The notes beneath the pieces were generated by a model. That model was not told the DNA's origin, searched no databases, and worked only from the letters and a program-made list of their open reading frames with translations. A stretch of 64,000 nucleotides of DNA from Candidatus Woykebacteria bacterium (GTDB lineage Bacteria > Patescibacteriota > Microgenomatia > Woykebacterales > RBG-16-39-9b), in NCBI GenBank assembly GCA_040876345.1, contig JBBDPM010000006.1, positions 70,803 through 134,802 of the forward strand, written 5' to 3'. The position numbers and the translations under genes were made by a program. This document shows positions 48,932-59,078 of the stretch, piece after piece (positions within the stretch are counted from its first letter, which is position 1; the number at the start of each line of letters is the position of its first letter).

Positions 48932-49732
48932 TTAGCTAAGCTCTTCTTCCTCTTCAGGAACAACTTGGGGTTTTTCTTTTGGTTTGGGTATTTCTTGAGG
49001 ATCTTGAAAAACTTGCAAATCCGGCGCTTTAGGCGCTTCTTTTACTTCTTCTTTAACTTCGGACGGAGCCTCTTCTACTTTTTTTGCCTCTTCTTTTATC
49101 ACCTGTCTTTCCCTAACCTTTTTGACAGGCTTAGAGGGTTTAACTTCTTGCTTTCTCTCATCCTCTTCATTCTTTTTTTCTTCTAGCAGCGGCTCTTCTT
49201 TTGACTTTGGCGGAATGTCCTTGTTTTTTTCTTCACCCTTTACTTGCGACTCAAGGGCTGCCCAAGAAGCAGTCAAATTTTGAGCTGGCAGCCAAATACT
49301 AACCTCAACCCCCACGCTCGCACCAGAGTGCTCCACGGCGGCAGGAAGCACTTTGTAAGAGCCTTCCGGGGCTACAACGTGAAACTTACCATCCTTTTTT
49401 GTAAGCACCCCTCTGGTCTTGAGCCTTTTTACGTGCTCAATTTGCTTGAACTTTTTCTCACCCCTCTCATCAACCATCTTCAATGTATCTCCAACCACAA
49501 GAGCGCTTTTTGAGGCGTAATTTGAAGGTACTGGGAACTTTTCACCGGATTTTGTAACCATATTTTCCCCATCAAAAGTTCCGATCACTCCGGAAAATAC
49601 CTTTTTCTCCCCTCGGGCAATATCGTCACTACCCTTACCACTATCAACATCGGCTAGGAGTTGCTTCGCGAGCCCGATGCTTGACTCGGCAGCTGAAAGT
49701 GCTTGTCTAATAAGTTCGATTTGTTTTGACAT
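48932..49732 (-). CDS. Hypothetical protein with charged tail
   Basis: GTFDGENM..VPSNYASKS..GDTLK..FKQIE; SD AGGAGG. Confidence 0.7.
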   Translation of the reverse strand: MSKQIELIRQALSAAESSIGLAKQLLADVDSGKGSDDIARGEKKVFSGVIGTFDGENMVTKSGEKFPVPSNYASKSALVVGDTLKMVDERGEKKFKQIEHVKRLKTRGVLTKKDGKFHVVAPEGSYKVLPAAVEHSGASVGVEVSIWLPAQNLTASWAALESQVKGEEKNKDIPPKSKEEPLLEEKKNEEDERKQEVKPSKPVKKVRERQVIKEEAKKVEEAPSEVKEEVKEAPKAPDLQVFQDPQEIPKPKEKPQVVPEEEEELS

Positions 49733-49815
49733 TTTTACCTCCTTTTAAATTGTTTATTATTTGGGAGTTTCCAGTCTAATAGCTAGTAACTCCAAAATCA
49801 AAACTAAACTTCTCG

Positions 49816-52536
49816 TTAAGAGCCTCCCTTTGGAAAATTCTCAGCAACCACATTTTCTTTAGGTTCTTCCTCAAGGCTAGATTCCTGGCCGACTTGAGTT
49901 CTTTCAGACTTAGAAGGCAGCGGAAAATGCAATATTTCCACTTCCTCACCCTCCAGTAGCTTGGAGACGCTGGGGGTATTTTCCCGGTTGAATTCGGGTG
50001 GCTTTGGACTTTCTCCACCAAGTGTGGCCTCAGTCGAAACTTGGTAAATTTCTTTTTGTACAGGCTCCCCATCCACTGGTACTTCCTGCAATTTCTTCTC
50101 TTCCTGAACCGCCCAAGCGGGTGGTTCAGGAAGTTGGCCTGGACGAAACTTGGTCTCGGTCCACTTCTTGATAACTTTTTCCACTCTTTCCACAGGCTTA
50201 GAATAACTGGCTCTTGAAAAGCTAACCGCTTTGTCTCTTAAACCAGCCGCATCGGTAAATGGTGGTAGTGACCTAGCTGAGAAAGGTTGCGAAGCTTGAT
50301 CATCCACTTGAAGCTTTAAGTACATCTCATACCGACCCAGATTAATGATGTCATTTTCCAAGAAAATCGGTGTGAATTCCCTTTCTAAGAAGTGGGCGTC
50401 AGTTGGGCCAACTGTAAAACTAATAAGAGTACCCACGTTGCCAAAAATAGCGTCTTTAACAGCGTCTGGCATTTGCTCAATATATTGATGAGTCACTATA
50501 AGATCAAGACGATACTTTCTAGCCTCAGAAAGGACTACAGCGAAAGAATCAGTAGCAAAGTTCTGAAACTCGTCTGCGTAAAGGAAGAAATCTCGTCTAG
50601 ATTCCTCCGAGACATCAACTCGGCGCATCGCTGCAAATTGCAGCTGGGATACAATCATTGCCCCAAGCAGGGAAGAGTTATTCGTTCCGATTCTTCCGGC
50701 GGCAAGGTCTACGAAGAAGATTTTTCCAGAATTAATAATTTCATCAATCTTAATTGAACTTTTAGGTTGGCCAACTATATTCCTAATCAGCTCAGAGTTT
50801 AGAAACTGCCCGACTTTATTTTGGATTGGGCTAATCGCCTCGGTAATTAAACGCTCATTACCTTCCATTCTCGTATACTCATTATTCCAATAGGCTTTCA
50901 TTTGGGGATCACTAATTAAGCCAACGATATATTTTCGGTAATCTTTATCAGTGAGAAGCCTGGTTATTGATAAAAGAGACGTGTTGGGCACCTCAAGAAG
51001 AGTAAGGATGCTGTTTTTCAAGATGTATTCAAGACGAGGACCCCAGCTTTCGGCAAAGTATTTTTTGAATACATCGACTAAGGCATCTCCCATTAAAGTT
51101 CTCTGCCTTGGATCCACCATTTCAAGCATGTTAAGCGAGACTGGGTAGTCAGCGTCGGCTGGATTAAAGATAACCACATCGGAAAGCCTGTTTTCAGGAA
51201 CAAACTCCAACAGTTCATCAATAAGTTGCCCGTGCGGATCAAGGACAGCCACACCCTCACCGGCTCTCATGTCTTGGATAATCATATTCTTGATCAAAGT
51301 GCTTTTTCCGGTACCTGTTTTACCAATAATGTACATATGTTTTCTTCGATCGGGCTTCCTAATACCAAACTTAGTACTGGTGTCGCGAAAGATAGTCTCA
51401 CCGATGATAGTTGCTTTATCTGAGGGTAAATTAAGGGGTGGCTCCCCCTTTTTTGCTCTCGTCCAAGAAATTGTTGGCGTCTCAACTGAGATGTTCGGAA
51501 GGTGAAATATTGAAGCTAGCTCCTCAATGTTTAAAATATAGTCTCCCGATTCTCCCTCGGTAAAGAGCCTCCTTTGATAGGCGGTAAGAAGGGATGCTGG
51601 ACCAGCGGCCTCAGGATCGGCCACAAAACCATTTAAACTTGCCGTTGTGAATTGTTTAAATGAAGCTACGATAGAAGCGAGTTTTTGGGCTGCTTCCGCC
51701 TGAGTGCTTCCAAGAGTGACAATTCTAACTCTTGCCTCAAACCCAAGTTTAGAAAGTTTGTTTTCAATCATTTTAAGATCCAGCTCTTGACCGGCCGAAA
51801 GCCTGGGAGGAGGAGCTGGACGGGCCAGCTCAACTGGCTGGGGCCCACTAACCATATAAGGGAAGATATTCGCCCCTACTGAAACGATGTGTTTACCGAC
51901 ATCTACGATAATATCTCTAGGATTAACACTAACTGGGGAGATACCTTCCCGAACCATTTTTACATATTCATGGCCCCTTTCCTGCCAAAAATCGTCTACC
52001 GGCCTAACTAAATACTGCACCCAAACTTGCTCACCAACTCTTTGGGTTGCGATTGCACTGGTAACAGCCGCCAGAGGGTCCACTTCAAAATCTCTAAATG
52101 TCTTAATTGGGAAAGTAAAATCTTTTGCTAGAGTAAGCTCAGTGGCGGCTGCTTTGGAGGTTGACCCAACGCTCTTGGTGTAATCCAAGGCTTCGCGAAT
52201 CTCCGCATCTGGATATTGGGCATAAACTTGCGATTCAACAAAATTCTTAAAATGCCTTGGTGTAAAAACGTAAAAATTTACTCCATCAACTGAAGAGGCT
52301 ATCTCAAGGGATAGGTGCTCTTGAACTCCTGGAGTAAAGCGCAAAAGTCCGTGTAAAGAAGCAAACATTTGCTCAGCGGCTATAGGAAGTCTTTCGTTCT
52401 CGCGGGGAAGTTGAATAGACAGAAGTACACCCTCATCGATGTCGGGCTTTCTAACTCCTATCTCTAGCTTTCTTGCTGCTCTCCATGCCAGCAAGAAAGA
52501 GAAAAAAATTACGGCGGCAATTATTATTACGAACAT
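49816..52536 (-). CDS. VirD4/TrwB-like coupling ATPase
   Basis: HMYIIGKTGTGKS, DPHG, YADEFQNF, SEARKY, HQY, GNVGT. Confidence 0.88.
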   Translation of the reverse strand: MFVIIIAAVIFFSFLLAWRAARKLEIGVRKPDIDEGVLLSIQLPRENERLPIAAEQMFASLHGLLRFTPGVQEHLSLEIASSVDGVNFYVFTPRHFKNFVESQVYAQYPDAEIREALDYTKSVGSTSKAAATELTLAKDFTFPIKTFRDFEVDPLAAVTSAIATQRVGEQVWVQYLVRPVDDFWQERGHEYVKMVREGISPVSVNPRDIIVDVGKHIVSVGANIFPYMVSGPQPVELARPAPPPRLSAGQELDLKMIENKLSKLGFEARVRIVTLGSTQAEAAQKLASIVASFKQFTTASLNGFVADPEAAGPASLLTAYQRRLFTEGESGDYILNIEELASIFHLPNISVETPTISWTRAKKGEPPLNLPSDKATIIGETIFRDTSTKFGIRKPDRRKHMYIIGKTGTGKSTLIKNMIIQDMRAGEGVAVLDPHGQLIDELLEFVPENRLSDVVIFNPADADYPVSLNMLEMVDPRQRTLMGDALVDVFKKYFAESWGPRLEYILKNSILTLLEVPNTSLLSITRLLTDKDYRKYIVGLISDPQMKAYWNNEYTRMEGNERLITEAISPIQNKVGQFLNSELIRNIVGQPKSSIKIDEIINSGKIFFVDLAAGRIGTNNSSLLGAMIVSQLQFAAMRRVDVSEESRRDFFLYADEFQNFATDSFAVVLSEARKYRLDLIVTHQYIEQMPDAVKDAIFGNVGTLISFTVGPTDAHFLEREFTPIFLENDIINLGRYEMYLKLQVDDQASQPFSARSLPPFTDAAGLRDKAVSFSRASYSKPVERVEKVIKKWTETKFRPGQLPEPPAWAVQEEKKLQEVPVDGEPVQKEIYQVSTEATLGGESPKPPEFNRENTPSVSKLLEGEEVEILHFPLPSKSERTQVGQESSLEEEPKENVVAENFPKGGS

Positions 52537-52666
52537 TATATTTTATCAGCCAACCAAATCAAGGCCGGCCAGACCTCCCTTATGCTTTCAAAACCAGGAA
52601 ACAAAATATCCCTGATCTTCTGACAAATTCTACCCTTTTACGGCTGAAAAGTCAACAAATAGGTCT

Positions 52667-52789
52667 AAAAACAAGAAAGGCCCCGCGAACGGGGCCCTTC
52701 TCATTCGTTAGGAGCGGCTAATTTGGCCACTCCTCGGAAGAAAGGAGAGAGATCAAGAGTATATTAGCACAAAAAACGGCAAAAGTCAA
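52667..52789 (-). ncRNA. Candidate small RNA with own promoter and terminator
   Basis: TTGACT-N17-TAATAT, hairpin AGGAGTGGC/GCCGCTCCT, GGCCCCG-TTCG-CGGGGCC-T tail, no ORF. Confidence 0.55.
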
Positions 52790-52822
52790 GCAAAAAACCA
52801 GGCGCTCTACTCGTAGAGAAGC

Positions 52823-53893
52823 TCATTTTCCATAAAACTTTTCGCTAAAATCCTCTCCAATTATCACTCTTACATCAACTCCACCCTCAAGATCCTCCTT
52901 TTCAACTTCAGTATTAAGAAACTTTGCCACTCTTTCGGCAACAAAATTTTTGTTACTGCCCAAAATTACTCTGGTTACAGAATTTTTCCCCACTTTTCCA
53001 AGATTTACGGTTGAAGCACCAAGATTGTTAACTAACCTCTCGACCACTTGGCCAAAGTACTCTTCTTCGGTAGAGTGGACAATTTCCACCACCCCCTTTT
53101 CATTTGCAATCGAGCTATCCAAGGATTGCTCTTTGATTAAAGTATCCCCCTTTTGAAAGCTAATTTTCTTATCTTCAGCGCTTTCTTCCAAATCCAGAAA
53201 AACTATTCTTTCCGGGCTCATTTGTTTATAACTCCAGGATAGATTCGCAATCTCTTTGACAGAGTAGCCTGTTTTCATATTGGTATCAAGCCATTTTTTC
53301 AATCCCAAAAATCCAAAGAAGAAACTCGGCGAGAAGATTTTGTTTTTAACTTCTTTTACTTGCCCATCATCAAACTCTAAACCTGTTTGGTTGAATACAA
53401 AATAACCGTCGATCGGTAGAGCCAAGGTTTCTTTAGTAATTGACAAGAGCGAATCAAGGCTTGAATCTTGATAAACCTTAGAAAAATAGGCAGCTCCCAA
53501 ACTTATATATTGATCAGACCCAAAAGTATAAATTTTAGTGGCTACCGGAACTCTTAAAATCGAAAGTGACTTTTTATTAGAGCTAAAAGACGCTAAAACC
53601 ACATCTTGAAGACTATCTCTCTCCGATAAGGAGACGATCATAATATTTGTTCTATACTTATCATTTACACTGCTGCCTTTGATAATGTTACTTTGTATTT
53701 TTTCAAAGGGTTTATTGACATTATCGATAAAAGAGGGAATTTTAAGAGATAGGTTTACAAGCGCCAGTAAAAGAACAGAAAGGAGGAAAAGTCTAATTAT
53801 CTTGGTTACAAATAGTCTCTTGTTTTCCCGTTTCCAAAGGCTAAGTCTATTATTAGCATGATGGTCAAATTTGATTTTTCTAGGCTCTCGCAT
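52823..53893 (-). CDS. LytR-CpsA-Psr-like protein
   Basis: TM, LSILRVP, LPIDGY, C-terminal DVRVIIGEDF. Confidence 0.7.
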   Translation of the reverse strand: MREPRKIKFDHHANNRLSLWKRENKRLFVTKIIRLFLLSVLLLALVNLSLKIPSFIDNVNKPFEKIQSNIIKGSSVNDKYRTNIMIVSLSERDSLQDVVLASFSSNKKSLSILRVPVATKIYTFGSDQYISLGAAYFSKVYQDSSLDSLLSITKETLALPIDGYFVFNQTGLEFDDGQVKEVKNKIFSPSFFFGFLGLKKWLDTNMKTGYSVKEIANLSWSYKQMSPERIVFLDLEESAEDKKISFQKGDTLIKEQSLDSSIANEKGVVEIVHSTEEEYFGQVVERLVNNLGASTVNLGKVGKNSVTRVILGSNKNFVAERVAKFLNTEVEKEDLEGGVDVRVIIGEDFSEKFYGK

Positions 53894-53938
53894 ATATACA
53901 CTTTAAATCTCTTTTATCAATATGTTTTATTCGCAATA

Positions 53939-55633
53939 TTAAACTTCAAGCTTGGCTCTCTCCTCCATCTCTTCAAGATGTTTCTTTTTAAATTCACCAG
54001 AAACAAGTTTGTCAAAATTGGATTCAGCTAAAATGTGATTTACATAGTAACTACTTAAAATCCTCGGGACTATTACATAGCTTGCTCCTCTTTCATAAAA
54101 TCTGACTGCCAAAGAAGGATCAGCTGCCGTGACAACAATAGGTACATTTATATTTTTTTCTTTAATTAGACCAAGCAGCTCGTCAGTATCACCAGGATCA
54201 AACATAGTTGAAATAATAATTCTTGCTTTTTGCAAATTTAATTTTTCAAAAATATCCTCATCATTAATGTCGCCAAAAATTACTTTAACTTCACGATCAA
54301 CCAAATCTCTAACAATTCTTGGGTTAAAATCCACTACGACAACTTCATTCCCAGAGTTTTTTAAATTTTTTAATATTTCTCCCCCGAGACGACCACTCCC
54401 TATCAAAACCACATGATCGGAAAACTCCTTTTCAAAAGTGAAGGTCTTTTCTAAATCGCTACCCTTTTCAAAGAAATTGAGATATTTTGATATTTTTCGA
54501 TAAATTTTTGAGCTATTTAAAATAACGTAGGAGGAGCCTGTAATTGTAATAATCCCAACAAGCGTAACCAGGTTTACTATATCCTGACCAATGTGGGAAA
54601 CCTTTAAACCGAGGGCAACAATAATCAGCGAAAACTCCGAGATTTGGGCAACTGTAACACTTGCCAAGAAAGAAGTTCTTTTTTTAAATCCTAGACGGCT
54701 CATGATAAACATGACTATCAAAGGATTACCAACCAAAACAAATGCGGATAGTAAGACAGCTGGCAAAAAGTTGGCAACAATACCGGAAAGAGAGATTTTT
54801 AAACCAAGAGTTATAAAAAATATAACAATAAAAAGATCCCTAAGGGGCCGTACTCTCGCAGCTATTTGATACTCTTCCCTTGTAGCAGAGAGTCCAACAC
54901 CGGCTAAAAAGGATCCTATCTCAATTGAAAAACCAAAGGAATGGGCTAAAGAGGCAAAAATCATTGCCCAGGCAATTGAAAAAAGAAAAAGAAGCTCCGT
55001 GTTATCCGCTACCCGATCAAAGATCCAGCCCGCTAAATACTTACTAATAAGGTAAGTAAATGCAACAAAAAAGCCACCGACTATTAAGTTTAATAAAAGA
55101 TCGAAGGCTGAAAAATCTCCCTGACCCACTCCGGCAATGACAATTAGGGCTAAGATAGCCATTAAATCTTGAACTAACAAAAATCCGACGGCTACCTTTC
55201 CATAAAGTGAATCTAAATCTCGCTTTTCAGTGAGAAGCTTTACAACAATAATTGTGCTTGAAAAAGTAAGAGCAACGGCAATGTAAATGGACTCCAAACT
55301 ACCAAATCCTAAAAGTTTGGAAAGAATAAATCCAATAACACTTGTAAAAACTATCTGGCCAACTCCAGTATAAAAGGCAATTTTTCCAAGGTAGCGAACT
55401 TCGTCAATCTTGAGTTGAAGACCAACTAGAAAAAGAAGAAAAGCAATACCAAGTTCAGAGAAAAGATCTAGTGTCGCGTGCAGCTGTGCGTCTTGAAAAG
55501 CCCCAAGTGAGGCAGCAATTATTCCAACAAATATGTAAGCCAGGACTAAAGGTTGTCTAAACTTAGAAGCGACCGCACCAAGAAGTGAAGCAGCTGCAAT
55601 TATTATGCCAACCGAAAAGAAGGTAGCGGACAT
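53939..55633 (-). CDS. Kef-type CPA2 cation/H+ antiporter with TrkA-N domain
   Basis: FLLFLVGL, FSSTIIV, QDL, QISEFS, GSGRLG. Confidence 0.92.
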   Translation of the reverse strand: MSATFFSVGIIIAAASLLGAVASKFRQPLVLAYIFVGIIAASLGAFQDAQLHATLDLFSELGIAFLLFLVGLQLKIDEVRYLGKIAFYTGVGQIVFTSVIGFILSKLLGFGSLESIYIAVALTFSSTIIVVKLLTEKRDLDSLYGKVAVGFLLVQDLMAILALIVIAGVGQGDFSAFDLLLNLIVGGFFVAFTYLISKYLAGWIFDRVADNTELLFLFSIAWAMIFASLAHSFGFSIEIGSFLAGVGLSATREEYQIAARVRPLRDLFIVIFFITLGLKISLSGIVANFLPAVLLSAFVLVGNPLIVMFIMSRLGFKKRTSFLASVTVAQISEFSLIIVALGLKVSHIGQDIVNLVTLVGIITITGSSYVILNSSKIYRKISKYLNFFEKGSDLEKTFTFEKEFSDHVVLIGSGRLGGEILKNLKNSGNEVVVVDFNPRIVRDLVDREVKVIFGDINDEDIFEKLNLQKARIIISTMFDPGDTDELLGLIKEKNINVPIVVTAADPSLAVRFYERGASYVIVPRILSSYYVNHILAESNFDKLVSGEFKKKHLEEMEERAKLEV

Positions 55634-56131
55634 TAGATTAGCGATTAGTCACACTAATAAACAATCACTGATTTAATTTTAACAGAAGCTTGGAAAAAGA
55701 AAAACGACCCGGATGGTCATATAAACTCACCACTTTGGGTCATTTCTCTTCCAAAGAAAACCAACCATTATTGATTTGCTTAGGATCTGAGGAAGCGTAG
55801 CGGAATCATTTGTTTGTCCGCTTTCTCATCTTTTCAGATGCTTCTCTCACGGCGTCTGACGACGCTTATTCAGGTCGGTCAATGCAGGCGGCCTCTCAAC
55901 TCGCACAGAAACAGCCGACCATGATGACAAGCCATACCCACAGCTACGACCCCAGCTACTGTGACCCCAATCACGGTGTCACTTAAGAAACAAGTCGTGT
56001 AAAGATGGCCCCATCACGTTCAACAACAAGTCTCTAATTATCCCCTTCTCCTTTACCACTTCAAAGTGAACTACTCTTACAGCGAGTGCCCACTAAGCAG
56101 TGTTGTGCAAGGATAGCTTGCCAGTAGATCA

Positions 56132-56470
56132 CTAAGAAGCGGCCCGAGCTCGCTCCTCTTTGACTGAACTACTGTACCTCGCAAACCTTCCGCCGGACCA
56201 CCTCCAAACTTCGCTGCCACCTGGCAGTCTGTACGTTATTTGCCCCGGCTCAAACTCCTTGTCTCCAACCCTGGTCACGGAAAAGGAGCCACCGAGTACC
56301 TGGTGCCTAGTATCGTCCCTCATTCTGAACTCGAAGGTGATATCATCACCATCGGTTCGCGTGTTGGTTAAGAACGGAAGAATGTCGATCGCGCCACACG
56401 ATAGCGCCTCTCCAAGTGTCATCACCAACTCCTCCTTGAGTTCTCGGATTCTGCTCCGATCCCACTGCAT
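56132..56470 (-). CDS. Hypothetical protein in GC-rich islet
   Basis: TTGACA-N17-TAAATT upstream; no motif recognised. Confidence 0.45.
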   Translation of the reverse strand: MQWDRSRIRELKEELVMTLGEALSCGAIDILPFLTNTRTDGDDITFEFRMRDDTRHQVLGGSFSVTRVGDKEFEPGQITYRLPGGSEVWRWSGGRFARYSSSVKEERARAAS

Positions 56471-56514
56471 AACTAGCGTGATCAATTTTAACAAAGTGAC
56501 CTATGGATGTCAAA

Positions 56515-57429
56515 CTATGGGTTTTGTTGGTTGCGTTCGCCTAGCCTATCAAAAATTATTTGGAGATCCGGAGGTAGCTTGCTTTCAAAATGGATTCTAA
56601 TGCCCGTTTTTGGGTGGGTAAACTCAAGGTAACTTGCATGGAGGAATTGGCGCCTGCCAAGGGCTTTCCCACCATACAGTCGATCACCAACAATTGGATG
56701 GCCAATGTGGGAAAGATGAACACGGATTTGGTGAGTGCGACCTGTTTTTGGCGCAGCCTCCAAAAGATCAAACTTTTCACCTACATGACTAATCAGACTA
56801 TATTTAGTCATCGCCTCTCGACCCTCTTTATCAACTGCAAATTTTTTGCGATTAACTACGTGCCGACCGATTGGGGCATCGATAGACCCAAAGGTCTTCT
56901 CAACTCTACCCTGCACTAGACAAGTGTATTTTTTAACTACGCTTCTTTCTTTAAACTGTTTCTTCAAAGACTCTAGCGATTTCTCATTTTTGGCTACTAC
57001 TATCAATCCACTAGTTCCTTTATCGAGGCGGTGGACAATACCAGGCCTTAGTGACTCTCCAGAGCCTGGAACGCTCTTAAGATAAAAAAGAACAGCGTTG
57101 ACCAAAGTACCTGAGGGATGATCCAGTGTGGGATGAGTAACTAACCCTGCCTCTTTATCAATTACTAATATACCTTTGTCTTCATAAACTATTTTTAAGG
57201 GAATATTTTCTGGTCTAACTTCTGTTGTTCTGGGCAGTGGAATTTCAAGAGTAATAACGTCGCCTCTTGTTGGTTTATGGTCTGACGTTGTAGGTTGACT
57301 GTTTACCTTAATATTTTCTTCGTGGATAAGTTTTTTTATTTGACTTCTAGAAAGGGACTTTACCTTTGCAGCTAAGAACTGGTCTAGACGGCGCTCTTTA
57401 GGGGTAACTTTAAGCTCTATCTTCCTCAC
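56515..57429 (-). CDS. rluD: RluA/RluD pseudouridine synthase
   Basis: S4 domain, HRLDKGTSG, GRTHQIRVH, GDRLYG. Confidence 0.93.
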   Translation of the reverse strand: MRKIELKVTPKERRLDQFLAAKVKSLSRSQIKKLIHEENIKVNSQPTTSDHKPTRGDVITLEIPLPRTTEVRPENIPLKIVYEDKGILVIDKEAGLVTHPTLDHPSGTLVNAVLFYLKSVPGSGESLRPGIVHRLDKGTSGLIVVAKNEKSLESLKKQFKERSVVKKYTCLVQGRVEKTFGSIDAPIGRHVVNRKKFAVDKEGREAMTKYSLISHVGEKFDLLEAAPKTGRTHQIRVHLSHIGHPIVGDRLYGGKALGRRQFLHASYLEFTHPKTGIRIHFESKLPPDLQIIFDRLGERNQQNP

Positions 57430-57815
57430 TACTTACCTTTATTCAAAAAGACTTTTACCTCGTTGAGTACTTGGTCAGGATTCATGGCACTCTTGACCAA
57501 ATAACCGGAAGCTCCAAGGGAAAAGCCTTCTTTAATTATTGAGTCCTGACCCAAATTTGTCAGCAACACTACTGGACCATTTTTTGGTTTTTTATCTTGA
57601 GCACGGCGCAAGATTTCCAAACCATCAATTTTGGGAAGCATTATGTCAAGCAAAACTAAGCTGTAACCACCTTCAAGAAACTTGTCCAATCCGTCTTGTC
57701 CGTTAGAAGCAAGCTCAACTTCGTAGCCTTCTCCCTTAAGAAGCTCTTCATAAAGCTCTCTTAAAAATTGATCGTCTTCTATAACTAAGATTTTTTGTCC
57801 TTTATCTTCAGCCAT
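57429..57815 (-). CDS. Single-domain response regulator
   Basis: IEDD, LDIMLP..DG, TN, K. Confidence 0.93.
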   Translation of the reverse strand: MAEDKGQKILVIEDDQFLRELYEELLKGEGYEVELASNGQDGLDKFLEGGYSLVLLDIMLPKIDGLEILRRAQDKKPKNGPVVLLTNLGQDSIIKEGFSLGASGYLVKSAMNPDQVLNEVKVFLNKGK

Positions 57816-57858
57816 ATATTAATTTTAACATATGCCAAGTATTTATAAAAAGTGAGGT

Positions 57859-58200
57859 CTACCTCCTAACCTTACCTTCGCACCCAACGTGATAAGCTGC
57901 GGTTGGCATGGCCTTGAGGCGCTCTTCAGAAATTTCTTTACCACATTTTTTACATGTCCCGTATTTCCCCTCTTCGATTCTCAAAAGAGCCCCCTCTACT
58001 TCAGAAAGACGCTGCTTCAAATTTAGTCTTGTAGCGACAATCCGGTCATGGCCTTCGGTTTCCGTAATATCGTCATCCACAGTATTTGTTGTGGCTCTAT
58101 CGGGCAGAAGATACGGATCCTCCTTTTTATAGTAGTCAAGTTCTTTAATAAGCTGCTCCTTTTCCGCGGAGAGTTTCTTTTCAATTTCTTTTAAATCCAC
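57859..58200 (-). CDS. DksA/TraR-type zinc-finger protein
   Basis: YGTCKKCG..ERLKAMP..HVGC. Confidence 0.85.
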   Translation of the reverse strand: MDLKEIEKKLSAEKEQLIKELDYYKKEDPYLLPDRATTNTVDDDITETEGHDRIVATRLNLKQRLSEVEGALLRIEEGKYGTCKKCGKEISEERLKAMPTAAYHVGCEGKVRR

Positions 58201-58212
58201 AACTGTTCCTTT

Positions 58213-59034
58213 CTAGATTCTTAATCTTCTCAAAACCCTACCATTTACAGACAGAATAAACTTCAAAAATCCTCGTAAGTCCTCTTTTAAATTTCTCAAG
58301 TTTAGATAGTATAAAGTAAAAAGGCTAACTAAGGCAACCAATAGACTAACTATCTGGGCAGATTTCATTCCAAAAATGTAAATAGAGTCGGCACGGAAGA
58401 GTTCAAATACAAAACGCCCAGAGGAGAGAAAAAACAAACCCTGCAAAAACACTTTACCACTTTTTATCTCCCTCTCTTTTAAGTTGTCCTCATAAACTTT
58501 TTTAAAAATTACAAAAAGCAGCACCGCATACCCTGCTTCATATAATTGGACGGGGTGGCTCTCTCCCAGTAAACTTGAGGCTTGAGTTGCCCAGGGTAGC
58601 GAAGAAGCAGTACCGTACTCAACTCCAGCTAAAAAAGCACCTGTCTTGGCAAAAATTAAAGCCACAAGAGCGGCTAAAAAGGAAAAATCGGCGACTTGAA
58701 GGGTTGTCCATTTCCAACGTCTGGTAAACACTAACCCAACACTTATTACCCCAAATAAAGCTCCAAAAAAATGTAAATCTCCTCTCCAAAATGCTAAAAG
58801 TGAGAGTGGATCATCAAAGGCACTACCAAGGTCAAATAAAAAGCCATAAAGCCGGCCACCAACTAAAGCAGCGATTAAGGATAGAAGAGAAAGATCCAAA
58901 AGTTTTTCACTTTGGTAACCTTGACGTCTGCCTTCCCGCCAAAAAATAAAAGTACCGACAATGTAGGCAGCCACCAAGAAAAATCCGTAGGAATAAATTG
59001 TTACTGGCCCTAGTTTTAAAAGTACGGGAAACAT
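58213..59034 (-). CDS. lgt: Prolipoprotein diacylglyceryl transferase (divergent)
   Basis: IYSYG, GGRL, LPW, HPVQLYE, RFVFELFRAD. Confidence 0.85.
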   Translation of the reverse strand: MFPVLLKLGPVTIYSYGFFLVAAYIVGTFIFWREGRRQGYQSEKLLDLSLLSLIAALVGGRLYGFLFDLGSAFDDPLSLLAFWRGDLHFFGALFGVISVGLVFTRRWKWTTLQVADFSFLAALVALIFAKTGAFLAGVEYGTASSLPWATQASSLLGESHPVQLYEAGYAVLLFVIFKKVYEDNLKEREIKSGKVFLQGLFFLSSGRFVFELFRADSIYIFGMKSAQIVSLLVALVSLFTLYYLNLRNLKEDLRGFLKFILSVNGRVLRRLRI

Positions 59035-59078
59035 ATTAAATCTTAACTATAATGGTGAGTTTTTCCGCTTTTTATAAA

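Noticed and set aside
49816-52536. Conjugative element around the VirD4-like ATPase
   Set aside because: No relaxase, VirB genes or integrase; it sits among housekeeping genes
8790-55745. Islet hairpins as integron attC sites
   Set aside because: No RYYYAAC/GTTRRRY ends, no shared sequence, not arrayed, and no integrase
55790-56060. Small gene after an AAGGAG SD on the minus strand
   Set aside because: No clean start and only short broken frames; at most a decayed remnant
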